A stretch of DNA of 64,000 bases, from contig MU054323.1 in NCBI GenBank assembly GCA_013239625.1, forward strand, positions 20,481,082 to 20,545,081, written 5' to 3'. This DNA is from Lama guanicoe (lineage: Eukaryota). Both the position numbers and the translations under genes were made by a program. Below, one piece after another: positions 46,432 to 58,900 of the stretch. How positions within the stretch are numbered: position 1 is the stretch's first letter; each line of letters begins with the position of its first letter. A model generated the notes under the pieces. The model was given only the letters and a program-made list of their open reading frames with translations, was not told the DNA's origin and did no database searches.

Positions 46432-46497
46432 TTTTTTTTTAATGGAGGAACTGGAGATTGAGCCCAGTGCATGCTAGGCATTGAGCATAACCACCCC
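46432..46497 (-). mobile_element. Degenerate, internally deleted vic-1-type SINE
   Basis: 'tttttttttaatggaggaactggagattgagcccagtgcatgctaggcattgagc' aligns by eye to the other three copies with two deletions. Confidence 0.65.
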
Positions 46498-46899
46498 TAC
46501 TACAAGGCACACTGTGTTGGTGCTACAATTTGGCCATGTACTGCTCTAACTCCAAAGGTGGTACCCAGGCTTCACATTACTCCTTCCATGGTGGAGATGC
46601 TAAGAGAAAGATCTGAATCTGAGTTCTTGCTCTGCTTCTTCTTACCTATGTGACCTCTTTGAGCTCCTATGTCCTCATCAGCAAAACGAGGATAATAATC
46701 AGATATACCTTTGTTTTCACGAAATAAGATAATGAGAAGTCTGCAGTTCTCTGGCACACAGATATGCCCCTGTCCGGTGACTCTGTTCTCTCTCACTGGA
46801 GCACCCGCCATTCCCTCTTCATGCTCTCATTCTATGAGCTCAGACTTCTGCAATCGGGAAAGCAGCCTGATTAAACTGATTCATGCTAATTCCAGCCTT

Positions 46900-47030
46900 A
46901 GCCCTCCTCAAAGAGATTCTGATTCATTAGGTCTGGGATGGATGCCCCAACCCATCATTTGTATTAATCTTTATGTTTTTAATAAATATCCTGGGTGATT
47001 CTGGTGTTTAGCCAGGTTTGGGAGCCTCTG
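46900..47030. mobile_element. MER5B-like hAT MITE fragment
   Basis: 'agagattctgattcattaggtctgggatgg...tttttaataaatatcctgggtgattctg..agccaggtttgggagcctctg'. Confidence 0.65.
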
Positions 47031-48591
47031 GAATAAGTTATGGTGGGGTTTTATTTTAATAAAGGCCAACCAGTGCCCTCAAAAATGGGGGTCTAACTTA
47101 GAGGTACCTTCACATGGCCCCTGGAACCACAGCAAACAGGACCCTCTCGCTTCCCATGGGGAGGGTGGCATTCCTCCAGAGCAGCTCTGTAGGAAGGGGT
47201 GGGGGCCAGCTGTGTCCTCTCCTGCAGCTGTTTCAGTGCCATGGCCCTGTGGAAATCACTGTGAAATTCATTCTCCACATCTCCCAGAGCTGGGCCAGGT
47301 GGCTACTGGCTGGAGTGGCTGGTCCCATCCAACAAGAGGCTCTGTGAGCCAAGGAAATACGTCCACCCACCTCCGTTCAGCACGGGGCTCCCCCCGCATC
47401 CCGCCCTCCTGGGCCAACAAGTGCTTTTTGTCCCAAATCAACTCATGCCTTCTCACGAGAAGACTTTTCTTTACTCAGGAAGCACCCAGCCCTTGCATGT
47501 CTGCAGGTTCACTCAGGACTGTTGGGCTCTGGAAGTTGGTCGTGGCTGGATTCTGCCACCTGAGGCCTGGGACAGAGCTGGCTACAAGTAAGGGAGGCAA
47601 GGAAAGCTGCAGATTCACTCATCCCTGAGAATGACAGCTGGCGGGGGCTCTCCCTGCAGCGGGGAACTCAGCCTTTTTATTAGCTGCCCGGAGGTGCAGG
47701 AGCAGGGGTTTGGCCGAGGAAGTAGGGAAAGGCCCCAGAATGAGCGCACTGTCCTCCGCCAAGGACACAGCACTGTTGACGTGGGAGAGATGGGCGCAGC
47801 CTCTGGATGGAGTCCATGATGAGGAGGAAATGGTTTTCACTGAAAAACAAAGTTGAAAAACAGTTTACTGAAGGGAAGAGAAAGAGGAAAGGGGGGAGGG
47901 AGGAAAACCACCTCAAACTGTCTGATCATCAAAATCACCTCGTTGGTTAAAAATACAGATTCCAAAACTCGTTCCAAGTCAATAAAGTATTATTCTTGGT
48001 AGCTCTGGGTTACTTTTCCTTGTGGCTTAAAAATGTAGATCCCTTGTCAATGATACCACAATAAAGCTGGAGAATAAATTAAGCTACACGTAAAATCAGT
48101 TGAAGAATTAAAATCAATTGCACAGCAAGATGTTTTTCAGAAGGGACTGAGTGGATGTTGAGGAACGTGAATTAAATCATCACCTTTCTAAACTGGACAT
48201 CAATATTTGAACTTGAAAAGTTAATAATATAATCAGCTTTGGTTTTTTAGTTAAGGAAAATCTGGATATAAAATAAGAATCAATCTTTTAAAAATGCAGA
48301 TTTCAACTTACGTGGCTTGGAAGACCCCTGGGTGGATGGATAGCATGAGTGAGGGGAAGCCGTATCTTATGGAATCGACAGTTATGTTTCTAATTTTATA
48401 ATTAGCTGAGGGCAGGAGGGAGAAAAGGAGATGCAACGGGATCTGGGAAAAAAGATCCTAAAAACCGTTTCTCTCCAACCAGTCGTGGTCTTCCCTGGAT
48501 GACTGTTTCATTCCTTCTTTCTTTCTCACTCGCTTCCTGCTGAATGGTCTCCACTCACCTTCTCTGCTCCCATCTCTTTCTGCCACCTGAA

Positions 48592-49063
48592 TAGTGGAAG
48601 GCTGAATATGCAAAATGTTCACGTCTCAAGCCCTGGAATCTGTCCATGCCACCATATATAGGACTTGGCATGTGTGAGTAAATGAAGGATCTTGAGACGG
48701 GGAGATTATCTTGAGTTATTTGAGTTGGTCTAATGGAATCACAGGGGTTCTTTAAGAGGGAGACAGGAGATCAAAGAGTAGAAGGTGATGGGATGACAGA
48801 AGCAGAGATCAGAGTGATGCTCTTTGAAGACGGAGGAAGGGGCCACAAGCCAAAGAGCAAAGGCCGCCACTAGAGGCTGAAGAAGGCAAGGAGATAGATT
48901 CTCCCCTGGAGCCTCCGGAGGAACTAGCCCTGCTAACAGCTTGACGTCAGCCCAGTGAGACTGATTTTGGACTCTGGACCTCTAGAACTGACAGAATAAA
49001 GTTGTATTGTTTAAGTTACTCCATTTGTGGTGATTTGTTACACAGCAGTAAGAAAGTCAGACA
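48592..49063 (+). mobile_element. MaLR solo LTR (MLT1D-like)
   Basis: 'aaggatcttgagacggggagattatc', 'ctttgaagacggaggaaggggccacaagccaa', 'agattctcccctggagcctcc', 'gcccagtgagactgattttggact', 'agaataaa', 'tttgttacacagcagtaagaaa'. Confidence 0.85.
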
Positions 49064-49544
49064 CCTCCTGACCTCTGCCCCATGCACCCCACCACCCAGC
49101 CCTCTTGGCAATGTTGGATATTTCCCACACTGCTCTTTCTTAAATCTTGTGTCGGCCCACTCCCCTGGTGGTCCTCCCGCCTCTCAGATCCTCTTCCTCT
49201 GTCCCCTCCTAACACTCTCCTACCCCACCTCCAATGTGGTCGTGTGCTCCAGGGTTCTCTTCTGAACCCCACCTCCTCTCATTCTCTACTTTCTAGGAGT
49301 GTCATGTCCCAGGGGTGACCCCAAATCAAGGCCATGTGCTCCACACCCTCATATCCAACTGATGAGTGGGCCTCCTGCTCCCTCCACAGCAAATCAGTAT
49401 CTCCATCTGAAGTGCATTTTCCACCTTCCCCACCTTTAGAAATCTGGCTCACCTGTTCATCCCTCAAGGTCCAGCTCAAATGTTACTTCCTCCAGGAAGT
49501 CTTCCCTGTCTGTCAGGCCATATGCTTGTCTTTAACAAAAAAAA

Positions 49545-50232
49545 TTTTTTTAATTTTTAAACTTTACTTTTTAGAGCAGTTTTAGGTTCACAGCAAAATG
49601 AAACAGAAAGTACATAAATTTCCCAAGCAGCACTTATTTTTCATAGGCTATCGTGTGACCAGCTTTTATCGGTGTTATCTTATTTAGTTTACTTAACAAA
49701 TCTGTGTGGTAGGGATACATTGTCTTTCCTTCCTTCTTTCCTTTTTTTGGTCCAGGTTTACTGACGTATAACTGACAAATAAAAATTGCATTTATTTAAG
49801 ACGTACAGCATGATATTTTGATATATGTATGTGTAGTGAAATGATTACCACAACCAAGCTAACTGACACAACTGTCACGCCACATATTACCTCTTTTTCT
49901 TCATGAAAACAATTAAAAGCTATTCTTTTAGCAAGTTTCAAGTATATAATATAATATTAACTACAGTGACTGTGCTGTACAGTAGATGTCCAGAACTTAC
50001 TCATACTGCGTATCTGAAACTTGGAACACTTTGACCAACACGTCCCCATTTCCTTCCACCTTCCAGCTCCTGGTAACCACCAATCCATCCTCTGCTTCTG
50101 TGAATTGGACATTTTAAACTTCCAGATACAAGTGAGATCACACAGAACTTGTCCTTCGGGGTTTGGCTTATTTTACTCAGCATGATGTCCTCCATGTCGC
50201 CCACGTTGTTGGAAATGACAAGATTTCCTTGC
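49545..50232 (-). mobile_element. L1 3'-end fragments (short L1MC-like at ~49545-49630; L1MA-like at ~49745-50232)
   Basis: 'tttttagagcagttttaggttcacagcaaaatga' and 'tgacaaataaaaattgcatttatttaag..gtacagcatgatattttgatatatgtat...gaaatgattaccacaaccaagcta'. Confidence 0.8.
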
Positions 50233-51089
50233 CATATGCTTGTTAGCTGTGCCCATCGGTTGGCCCCAAGGGATTGTGAGACCCTTAGGAGCAGAGATCA
50301 GCCTTAGACACTCAGCACCCAGCACAGTGGGATGGCTGGAGTTCTAGAACACTCTGCCTCCCTGCAGCCTTGATATCAACACCTGACCAGGTGGTAGAAA
50401 CCGGCCCCAGTCCCTCTGCTTTTCTCTTGCCTTCTGGCTCAGAGTAGGCTGCCACAGCAGGGTCCCCAAAGGTGTATGACAACAGGTGTCAAGTGTCCTA
50501 TCTGGTGCCTGTGGCCCAGTGGGGGCTCACAAATGGTAACCTCCCTTCTCTGACGGGGACCCTGCTAGCCTTTTGGCCTCTGGAGGGAGTCAAGGTGGTT
50601 TTATAGTCCTTCTAGGTATTGTGTTTCTGTTCCTATTGTCTCCTCAGAGGGTTTATTAGCACCATCTAGCATAACTGTCCCAGGTTTCCCAGCCGTGCTC
50701 TGCTAAAAGAAGCCAAAGACTGGGTTTCTAGCTCTGCTTGGTCCAGAGAATTGATGGGATGGTGACATCCTGGTGGGCTAGCCAGGGGGAGGCAGTGGGG
50801 ACGAAGAAAAGTGACCTAAAGGGGAGAGTGAGCAGAGGGAGACAGAGTTAGGGCTATTTGGGCCAGCTGTCCCTCCTGCCCAGAAATTCTCCTTCCTGAA
50901 CAAAATCTTGGAGGTTCTGGTATGTAAAATAATAGAAACAACAATAATTTTTTAAAATCGTTTTGCCCTTGGTATATAAGTAGGTGCATGATGACTCAAG
51001 AAAAAGTTAAAAATTCAGATAAGAAAACCCAAATAAAAGCAAGGGGAAAAGAGGGAATCTAAAATTATCTCACAACCAGTCAATGTTTT

Positions 51090-51430
51090 GGTGCATATCC
51101 TTCAAACATTTTTAGTGAATTGACGTATTTTCAAAATCAGATTTTTTTCTATATTTATCAGCTTTTAATTTTTCTGTTCACTGTGCTATAAACTTATTTC
51201 TAGGTTATTAACTGTTCTTCAACAACATCATCTTTTAAAGGCGGCATTGCGTCTTATTTTCTGGATGGGTCATAATTTACTTAACCAGTCCCCTCTTATT
51301 GGACATTTAGGTTGCTTCCAGTTTTTCAGGCTTGTAAATACACAGTGAAGAACAACCCGGTAGCTAAGTCTTTACACGTGTTGCATGTATGCCCCTAGAA
51401 TAAGTCTCAGGAATCAACTCTCTGTATTAA
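51090..51430 (-). mobile_element. Old L1 (L1ME-like) fragment
   Basis: 'cataatttacttaaccagtcccctcttattggacatttaggttgcttccagtttttc'. Confidence 0.7.
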
Positions 51431-53139
51431 AAGCATGCTAGGTTTTGTTTCCATCCCTGAGCAGACCCCGGGGAAGACCAGGTGTTTCTGAAGGTCTTGG
51501 CGCTGAGCCTTGCACGCCACCCACCTGGCCCCCAAGTCTGCATGTTCCACGTGCTCCAAACCATCCTCCTCTCTTCTCCCAACCTTGCCCCCAGGCTGTG
51601 CGCTCACCTGAGAGAATGAATTACACCTCCTAGCCGGACATGAGACCGTTTGTCTTATGCTCTGGAATTCTGAGGAGATAAAATCTGGGCAGAGCACATT
51701 TATGTATTTAATGTACTTCTTGGCGGGCTAGCCCCAGCCCTTGGAGATCACCTTTCTCCAGACTGAGGTTAAGAGTTTACAGGGAGGAGGAGCAGATCAA
51801 GAGGTGCAGAGCAAGCAGCTCCAGGGCTCACCCCATGAGGGCCCGAGGGGGGACCACGTTCTCCCCACTCGGCCCCCAGGCTCACCCCAGCCCCAGTTCC
51901 AGCCTCCCAAATCCTGCCTCCCAACCTGGGGCGCAGGAAATGCCAAGGGTCCCTCATATAGTTGAGCTGGCTGCCAGGATTCCGCTCTTCAGAGAAGGAA
52001 CTGGGTTCTCCCCCGCTCCCACTCTGGGGCCCAGACACTTCCACAAGGCTTCTCTCTGGTTTCTGGAGCCCTGCTCAGGCCTTTAGTTTGTCTGAGTGCA
52101 TACAGTGATCCCCTCTCTGGGGCTCTATCCTTGTTTCAGGCTCAGTGCCCCCCGAGGGCCCTCAAAGATCCAGGGTTCTCTTGTGCTCAGATAGCCAGGA
52201 CACCCATCCTAACCCCACCTACCATCTGACCGGTGTATCACATCTTTGACTTTCTTCAAATTTGGTGTCTCCCCACTTTGTGTGAGGAGCACGGGGCTCC
52301 CAAACCCCATCAGATCACCAGAGGGGCTCTGTAAATGAGCAGGGTCCAGGGCCTCCCACTGGAGACCCAGACTCTACAGGTCTGGTGAGGTGCCCTGGAA
52401 GCTGCACCTTCACAAAGGGTGGTCCTCCTGGCTCTACCCACCAAGCTGTCTCTGTGTCCTTTATCTCCACTGAGGTGGGGAGGCAGGGCATTTGGTCCCT
52501 CAGTCAAGCAGGCCCAAGGTCAGGGGAGAAATGAGAAACCAGCGGGCTGCAAGGCTGCTTCCTCAGGTAACCTAAGTTCAGGAGCTTTGGCAGCCAACCA
52601 GGCCTCTCCTGGCAGGGGGATTTGGCCAGGGGCGACCTGAGCAGCTGCACAAAGCCACCCTCATAGCCTCTCTGGCCATGAGTCCCCAGGCGCTCGCTTG
52701 CCCGGGACGCACAGGCAAGCCTCTGTCAGCCGGGCCTGCAGGAGGCTGTGGCCGGGAGAATCAAAGCAGCCGTCCTCTGGTGCTGCGGACACTTCCCCTA
52801 GAAGGCTCTGGAAACAGCACACCGGGTGTGAGACGGGGACTCTGTGGGCCAGAGGTGGGTCTCTGCAGACAGAGGCCCACACACGGCCCCTCCTGTTCTA
52901 ATGCCACACCCTGCCTAAGCCCCGGGTCCTCCCTGTCAGCCCAGAGGACTCAGGTTGGCCAAATCCCTTCAGGCTGCTGCCCCTCCCCTGCCCCCAGGCA
53001 GGAAGCTGGGCCCCCTTCTTTCTCCACCAGGGCCTTGTGGGACCCCTAGGACTGAGGAAGGCGTGTGATGAGCCAGAGGTCCCTGTAGGACGTGCGGACC
53101 CCTCAGATGCCCTACTTTGTTTCAGATTCTTGACAATAA

Positions 53140-53415
53140 AAACAACGTATTAAATGTTTGTTCAACAAAACTCATCCTCTAGCTCAGCCAATGGCAACTC
53201 CATGCCCTCAGTTGCTCAAGCCAAAAGCTTGGCATTCTCCTTGAGTCTTTTCTCTTAGACTCCATGCCCAATCCATCAGAGGAGCCTGTCAGCTGGATTC
53301 CAACTTATTCCAGAACCCAACCACCTCTCACCAGTTCTGGTCTGACATCTCTTGCCCAAATAATTTCAACAGCCTTCTACCTGGTGTCACTGCTCCATGG
53401 AACAGCCAGGGGACA
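53140..53415 (+). mobile_element. L2 fragment
   Basis: 'aatggcaactccatgccctcagttgctcaagccaaaagcttggcattctccttgagtcttttctc...ccaatccatcag'. Confidence 0.7.
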
Positions 53416-54159
53416 AAGCTAGGTGGTGATGGAGGCCATAGCGCTAACCCTTCTGTGCGTTAAGGACCCTCCTGTCCAGATTTCATCTTGGCTGGTCTTT
53501 CTTACCAAGAAAAGCAGTTTTGTAGTCATACACAAAATGAGAGACCTTTTGTATACCTGTGCAAAGTATCACACATCCCCCAGATTCTTCTTCAGCTCTC
53601 TTGTCCAAGCCAGGGTTTGCGAAATCTACCATCCTCACAGAGATTCCTCTCCAGCTTGGAGACTTTGAGCCGTGAGCAAGAGCAAGAAACTCAGCAATCT
53701 GGGGGTGCCTCCATGTTGCTGAAACCAAGGCCAGTGGAGCCCCAGCATTGCAAGGCCCTGCTTGGAATGTGCTGTGAGATGATTCTGCAATAGATATGAT
53801 GATGCAACAGCTGTGCATGAATGACATGGCAAAGCTGGGCCCCTTCCTTCTGGGGTCCAGAAGAGAGAGCTCCTTCTAGGAGCTTAAATCAGGACTCATC
53901 TTTCTGTGAGACCCCAAGCTCCGTGCTGGGTGATGTGGGTAGAAACAGGTTTTTCCTGGGACTCTGTAGTGTGGCTGTGTGCCTGTGTGTGATGACACAT
54001 CTTGCCCCGCAGCCCCCGCAGCTCCTCCAGCCTGGAGGTGACAGTAACCAGGCTCAGCCTCTCCCCGCCAGTCCTCTGACCCCAGCCCCACTTCGCATCA
54101 AGGCCGAGTCCTGCAGTGGGCCTCAGAGGGGAGCTCCCCCAGGGCTGCTTTTATTCCTT

Positions 54160-54283
54160 TTTAATTAAAAATTTTTTTCTTATTCATTTAAAAAAAATTG
54201 AAGTATAGTCCGTTTACAATATTACGTCAGTTTCTGGTGTACAGCATGGTTCAGTCATACATGTACATACGTATTTTCTTTTT
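54160..54283 (-). mobile_element. Short younger L1 3' end
   Basis: 'aattgaagtatagtccgtttacaatattacgtcagtttctggtgtacagcatggttcagtcatacat'; same family as the copies at 20384-20975. Confidence 0.75.
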
Positions 54284-57200
54284 GCTTAATCTGGTTTTCC
54301 AAGCCAGCACCCCTAACTGGACTCACTGGCTCTAGCTGAGTAGCCCCACATCAGGGCTCAGAGGAGCCAGGCCACCTTGTCCAAGTGAGGACTTGAGGCT
54401 CAGAGAGGAGAAGGCCCCAAGCCCATGTGGCCCAGCAGGTCCACGGCAGAAGGGGGATCAGAAGCCAGAGCCACTTTCCAGCGCAGGCCAGGCCTGCTGA
54501 GAAAGGGGTCGGGCAGGGAAACAGGGAAGAACTGGCGGCTCTCAGGCTGGGGTGCAGCTCTCCTCACCTCCAGCTTCTCCCTGAAGGCTGCTCACATCCA
54601 CTCCCTGTCAGCTGAGCCCCCTCTGTCTTCATGAGGCCCCAGGTCCTGCCAGGGGCCTCCCTCTTCTGCTGCTTTGCGTCCATCCCTACAGCTCCCTCCC
54701 TCTCTTGGCTGCTGCCTTTGCAGGCTCCAGGCAGAGCTGGAGGGAGAGGGGTCTGTGCCGGGCTTGGCCAGTCTCACTTCCAGCCAGTCAGGCTGCCCTC
54801 TCCTTGACAGGCTTCCTAGAAGGCACCCCTCCACCCTTCCCATCCCCACCCCCACCCCTGCTTCCCCTCTGTCCTGACTCAGCCCATAAATTACCTGGGG
54901 ATGGCTGCTGACTCAGCCAGGAAGCCCAGACCCCCTCCTCCCCATCCCCAGGCCTCAACCCCACAGCTGGCTCTCATTCCAGAATGCTTGGTCCCCTCCC
55001 CTCAGGAAATTCCTGGAAAATATCAGGCTTCTTCGAGGGAGATCTCCTAACCACAGCCGCAGCAGGGAAGGGAGCCACTGCGGCCTCATCCATCATCCTG
55101 CCTCCCAGCCCTCCTCCCCCAGCCCATGTGTCTTTGTGGGGCTGAGCTGAGCAGTGGAGATGTCGGTCTTCATCAAGTGACAGGCACCTGGCCGTGGCAG
55201 GACCGCAGAGGAGGGAGGAGAAGCCAGAGTGGGGTGGGGCAATCAAGGCAGGCTGCTAGGAGTTGGGACTAGTCCTGGGTCAGGAAGGACGGTGAAGTTG
55301 ATAAGTGGAGAGCTGGGAAGGATGCTCCAGGCCCAGGGAATGAATGGCCTGAGCAAAGGCACAGAGGTGGGAGACAGCCCAGGAGCTATGTGGGTTCGGG
55401 AGGCAGCTGGAGAACAATCAGGCTGAAAGGGTAGCCTGGCAGGGCAACCTGGGCAGATGAAGCCAGGGCCAGAGCCAGGGCCAGGGCCAGGCTGAGGACT
55501 TTGTGGTGGATCTCTGGGGCTCAGGAGCATAGGAATGGGGATGGTGGTAGCCCAGCGATGGTTGAGGAGATGAGTCTGGGAAGAGGTTGACTCTTGACCA
55601 GCAAGCCCCAGGGAACACTGGTCTCTGCCACATCCAGGGACCTCCTTGGGCTCCCCAGGCCTGCTCAGGGCTGGGGGGTCGGGCAGGGCCTCTGCATCAT
55701 CACACTCCAGTCAGATGGCAGAGGCAGGACTCCTGCCCTCAAGGAACCCAGACTGAAGGTCATGGCCATGGCATCAGGGAGCACCCAGTCTAAGGGAGAG
55801 ACAGACATCCCAGGCCCTTGCTCCTTCCTCTGGACTCGAGTTCCCCTTGAATCCCTTCCTTGGAAACTCTATTAGTCTGTGACGGAAAGCCAAGTCCAGT
55901 CTGCAGATAAAACACATCTTTTTTTTTTTTTTTTGGCTGCTTCCCCTCAGACAATAACAACTCTTTAAAGTACAAAAATTCCTGCCCAACTTCCCCCCAG
56001 GAAGGATGGCTGGGTGATGTGGATGTAACCATAGTAACAGAGTCACTGAGAGAAACAAAGTAAGCTGGCAGACACACCAGGGTACTTTGATGGGAAGCTG
56101 TCCTGAGGCCCCCAGACCCCAGGGATGGGACACAAAGCCAAGGAACTGTGGGAAGGGGGTCTGCTGAGTTTCTAACATTTAGTCACTTTTCCTGGGAATA
56201 GCAAGCCTGCAGGGCATGGCGGGGAGTCAGGAAGATGTGGGATCCGAGACAGAAAAAGGTGGGACGGAGCCAGCCAGAAAAAAAAAAAAAAAAAGAGGGA
56301 AAGACAAGGAGAGGCAGAGTGACACAAAGAGGAAATTCCTTGAAAGCAAGGACTGGGTCTCAGTTCATCCTGTATCCTCAGCACTAAAGCTGGGGAAACT
56401 TCTTAATAAAGTGTGCCCCACCCCATCCCCTACCCGGGAAGGTGTTCCTCATCCAGGCTAAACTAAGTACTTCCACAGGCACATCTGTCAAAGCCCTAAA
56501 ACATTATATTGCCATTCTTGCATTGCCTGTTGGGCCAACCCGCCCCACTCTGGACCCCCAGCTTTGTTCACTGTCGCATCAAAACACCTGGGCTTGGGGC
56601 AGCTCCTCCCCTCACTGTCTGTTCAAGATCAGAAAGAAAGAGGGAAAAACTGTGGGCAGGAGGAGACCACACAGACCCACCATGGGATCTGGCCTTGAGA
56701 GAGGCTCCAGGGCCCTTGCCTCAGGGGCCTGTCCTGTTCCTGAAGCTTGAGGGGGTGAAGGACAGCCAGGGAGCGGAGGGGGTTGCGGGGGAAAGGGCAG
56801 CCAGGGAGGGGCTGGGTTGGGCTGGCTGACCCTGCCTCTACGGAGGTACAAGGTCCGGACAGGCTGGAGAGGTTAACCTCTGTGGGCCCCAACCCCTGAG
56901 AGGCACTGGGTCTACTGGCAGGGCTGGCCTGATCAGGGCAGGAGGGGGGCATCCTGCTTCATTGTTACTGGCTCAGTTGCATTTCCAGAAATTCTTCCCT
57001 CCAGTAAGAAAAGGAAAGAGAAGCCTGGGTAGCCTCTTGGGCTGCCGGGAAAGGGGTGGGCAAGTGGGAACCAGAGTTCCCAGAGCTCTCATGGGCCAGG
57101 CTGAAGCACTGGGGCCTCTTGCCTGGGCCAAAGGGTCGGCTCAGCCCTGGGACAGACACTGGGCCCCAGCCAGAGGTATCAGAAAAACTGATCAGTAGAA

Positions 57201-57610
57201 CCGCAGCTCGCCACTTCCATGCCAGCCAGGCTGTGTTTGTGGCTGCACGACAGAGGCAGGAAGAAAGAAGGCCTGGTTATCACTGGGCTTTTAAAATTCT
57301 GCGACTAGGGGACATCAAAGCTTATATTCGATCCAGAGTAGTTATTTGCCCCCTCCCCTTTTCAGTGTCTAGCTCTATACTAGATCTTGATGAGGAGACA
57401 CAGGAGGAATTAGTATTATTGCTGTTGTTACTCTCCCAGAATTCCCCCTAGTGTGTTCTGCACAGCACCAGCCTACAGGAGTAGTCCTTGATAAAACAGG
57501 CAGGTTTGCAGAACTCAGCACATCAGTTACCCACTTAAAGACTCCCAGGGCACAATGCAAATATTAAAGTCTCAAAGAAATCTGAAGAGACCCAATTAAC
57601 TTTGTTTAAA

Positions 57611-57705
57611 CCAGTGTTTCTCCAGCTTATTTGACCATGGAACACTTTTTGCATGCAACACCATGAAGCAGAGTTCCCAGAAACACATTCTGGGGAAAGC
57701 TGCAT
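57611..57705. mobile_element. MER103C-like hAT fragment
   Basis: 'ccagtgtttctccagcttatttgaccatggaacactttt...gttcccagaaacacattctggggaaagctg'. Confidence 0.55.
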
Positions 57706-58429
57706 TGAAGCTTTTGATGCGTGATTTTCTAACTTTGTTCCAGCCACGGTGACCCAGGGGTGATCTAAGGCAAAAAGGGGAAATGAGCCAACTGGGCTCT
57801 GGGTCTCCATCCCAACCCAATTCAACCCGCAGGTCCTGTATTCTGCCTGAATTGGCTTTCCAACAATACATTTTTATTTGACAAAAGGGCTCTGCTGTTA
57901 AAACCAAGTCTGAAAGCTATTGTTTTATAGTTTTTCATGAAAATCTGAAGAAAAAGAAAGAAATAGGCAGAACTGGTTGGGGGCGGGGGATTTAGAATTA
58001 TAAATAGTGTAATTTAAAAGGCATTGGGTTAAACAGGACAGGGACTCAGTGTCTGAGGAAATCAACTAGTGTGTAAATCTCAGAGTGCCCTGAACAAGTA
58101 TTTCTAACTCCATTTTACAGATGAAGAAAGTGGGACAGGAGGAGTTGAGCTACCTGCCCAGGACTCTAACCAGATACCTGACTGGGTATCTTGCCATCCT
58201 TCTCCGGTACCAGGGTCAGGAGAAGGGCTCCTACCCTCTGGAGGCTCCAAGTTTCAAGGAGGAGGTAAAATTTGCTCACCAAAGAATGGCAAATGAAAGT
58301 CTAAGATCCACTGTAGAAACCAAGGTACTGTGGTTAGGGCTGAGGGGCTCAGAAGAAAGGGATTTTAGGAGCAAGGGGACCCAAAAGCCTTCTTTTCAAG
58401 ATCTGGAATTGCCCAGATGGCCCAGAACC

Positions 58430-58900
58430 TAGCATGATTCTGCTATGTGAAAGCTCACATCTGTCTTCAGTTCTAGAGATTTCTTAGCCATTGTCTCTCT
58501 GAGTAGTGACTCTCATTCTTTCCGACCTCTCTTCCTGGAATTCTGCATGGCATAGGTTGGACCAGCTCATTCTGTTCTCCTCACCTCTCACTCTTCCTCA
58601 TTTACCACTTATTTACCAACTTGTGCTGCATTTGGGGGGAATTCTCAGATACCCTTTTTCAGCTCTGTTTCCCCACTGAGTTTGAAATTTCAATGATTAT
58701 TCTTTTTCTTTTCTTTATTTTATTTTTGTCTTTGGGGAGGGAGGTAAGTAGACTTATTTATTTATTTACTTTAATGGAGGTACTGGGGATTGAACCCAGG
58801 ACCTCAAGCATGCTAAGCATGCACTCTACCACTGAGCTATGCCCATGCACCTCCATTCTTTTTCTTTCAGAAGTTCTACATTCTGGCTTTTGAAACTCAA
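58430..58900 (-). mobile_element. Old L1/HAL1 ORF1-region fragment, interrupted by a SINE
   Basis: 'tgtcttcagttctagagatttcttagccattgtctct...ctcttcctggaattct..ataggttggacc' is typical antisense L1 ORF1 sequence. Confidence 0.5.
58712..58854 (-). mobile_element. tRNA-Ala-derived SINE (vic-1 type, long-tail form)
   Basis: Reverse complement 'gggcatagctcagtggtagagtgcatgcttagcatgcttgaggtcctgggttcaatccccagtacctccatt..' with 13-bp TSD ATTCTTTTTCTTT (58699-58711 / 58855-58867). Confidence 0.9.

Noticed and set aside
53490..53830. Unique-looking stretch with overlapping ORFs on both strands
   Set aside because: No recognisable protein motif or splice context; cannot be distinguished from neutral or unrecognised ancient repeat sequence without a search.
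58772..58845. tRNA-Ala(AGC)-like sequences here and at 31655 and 34605
   Set aside because: They have A-rich tails, TSDs and stem mismatches, so they are SINE copies rather than tRNA genes.
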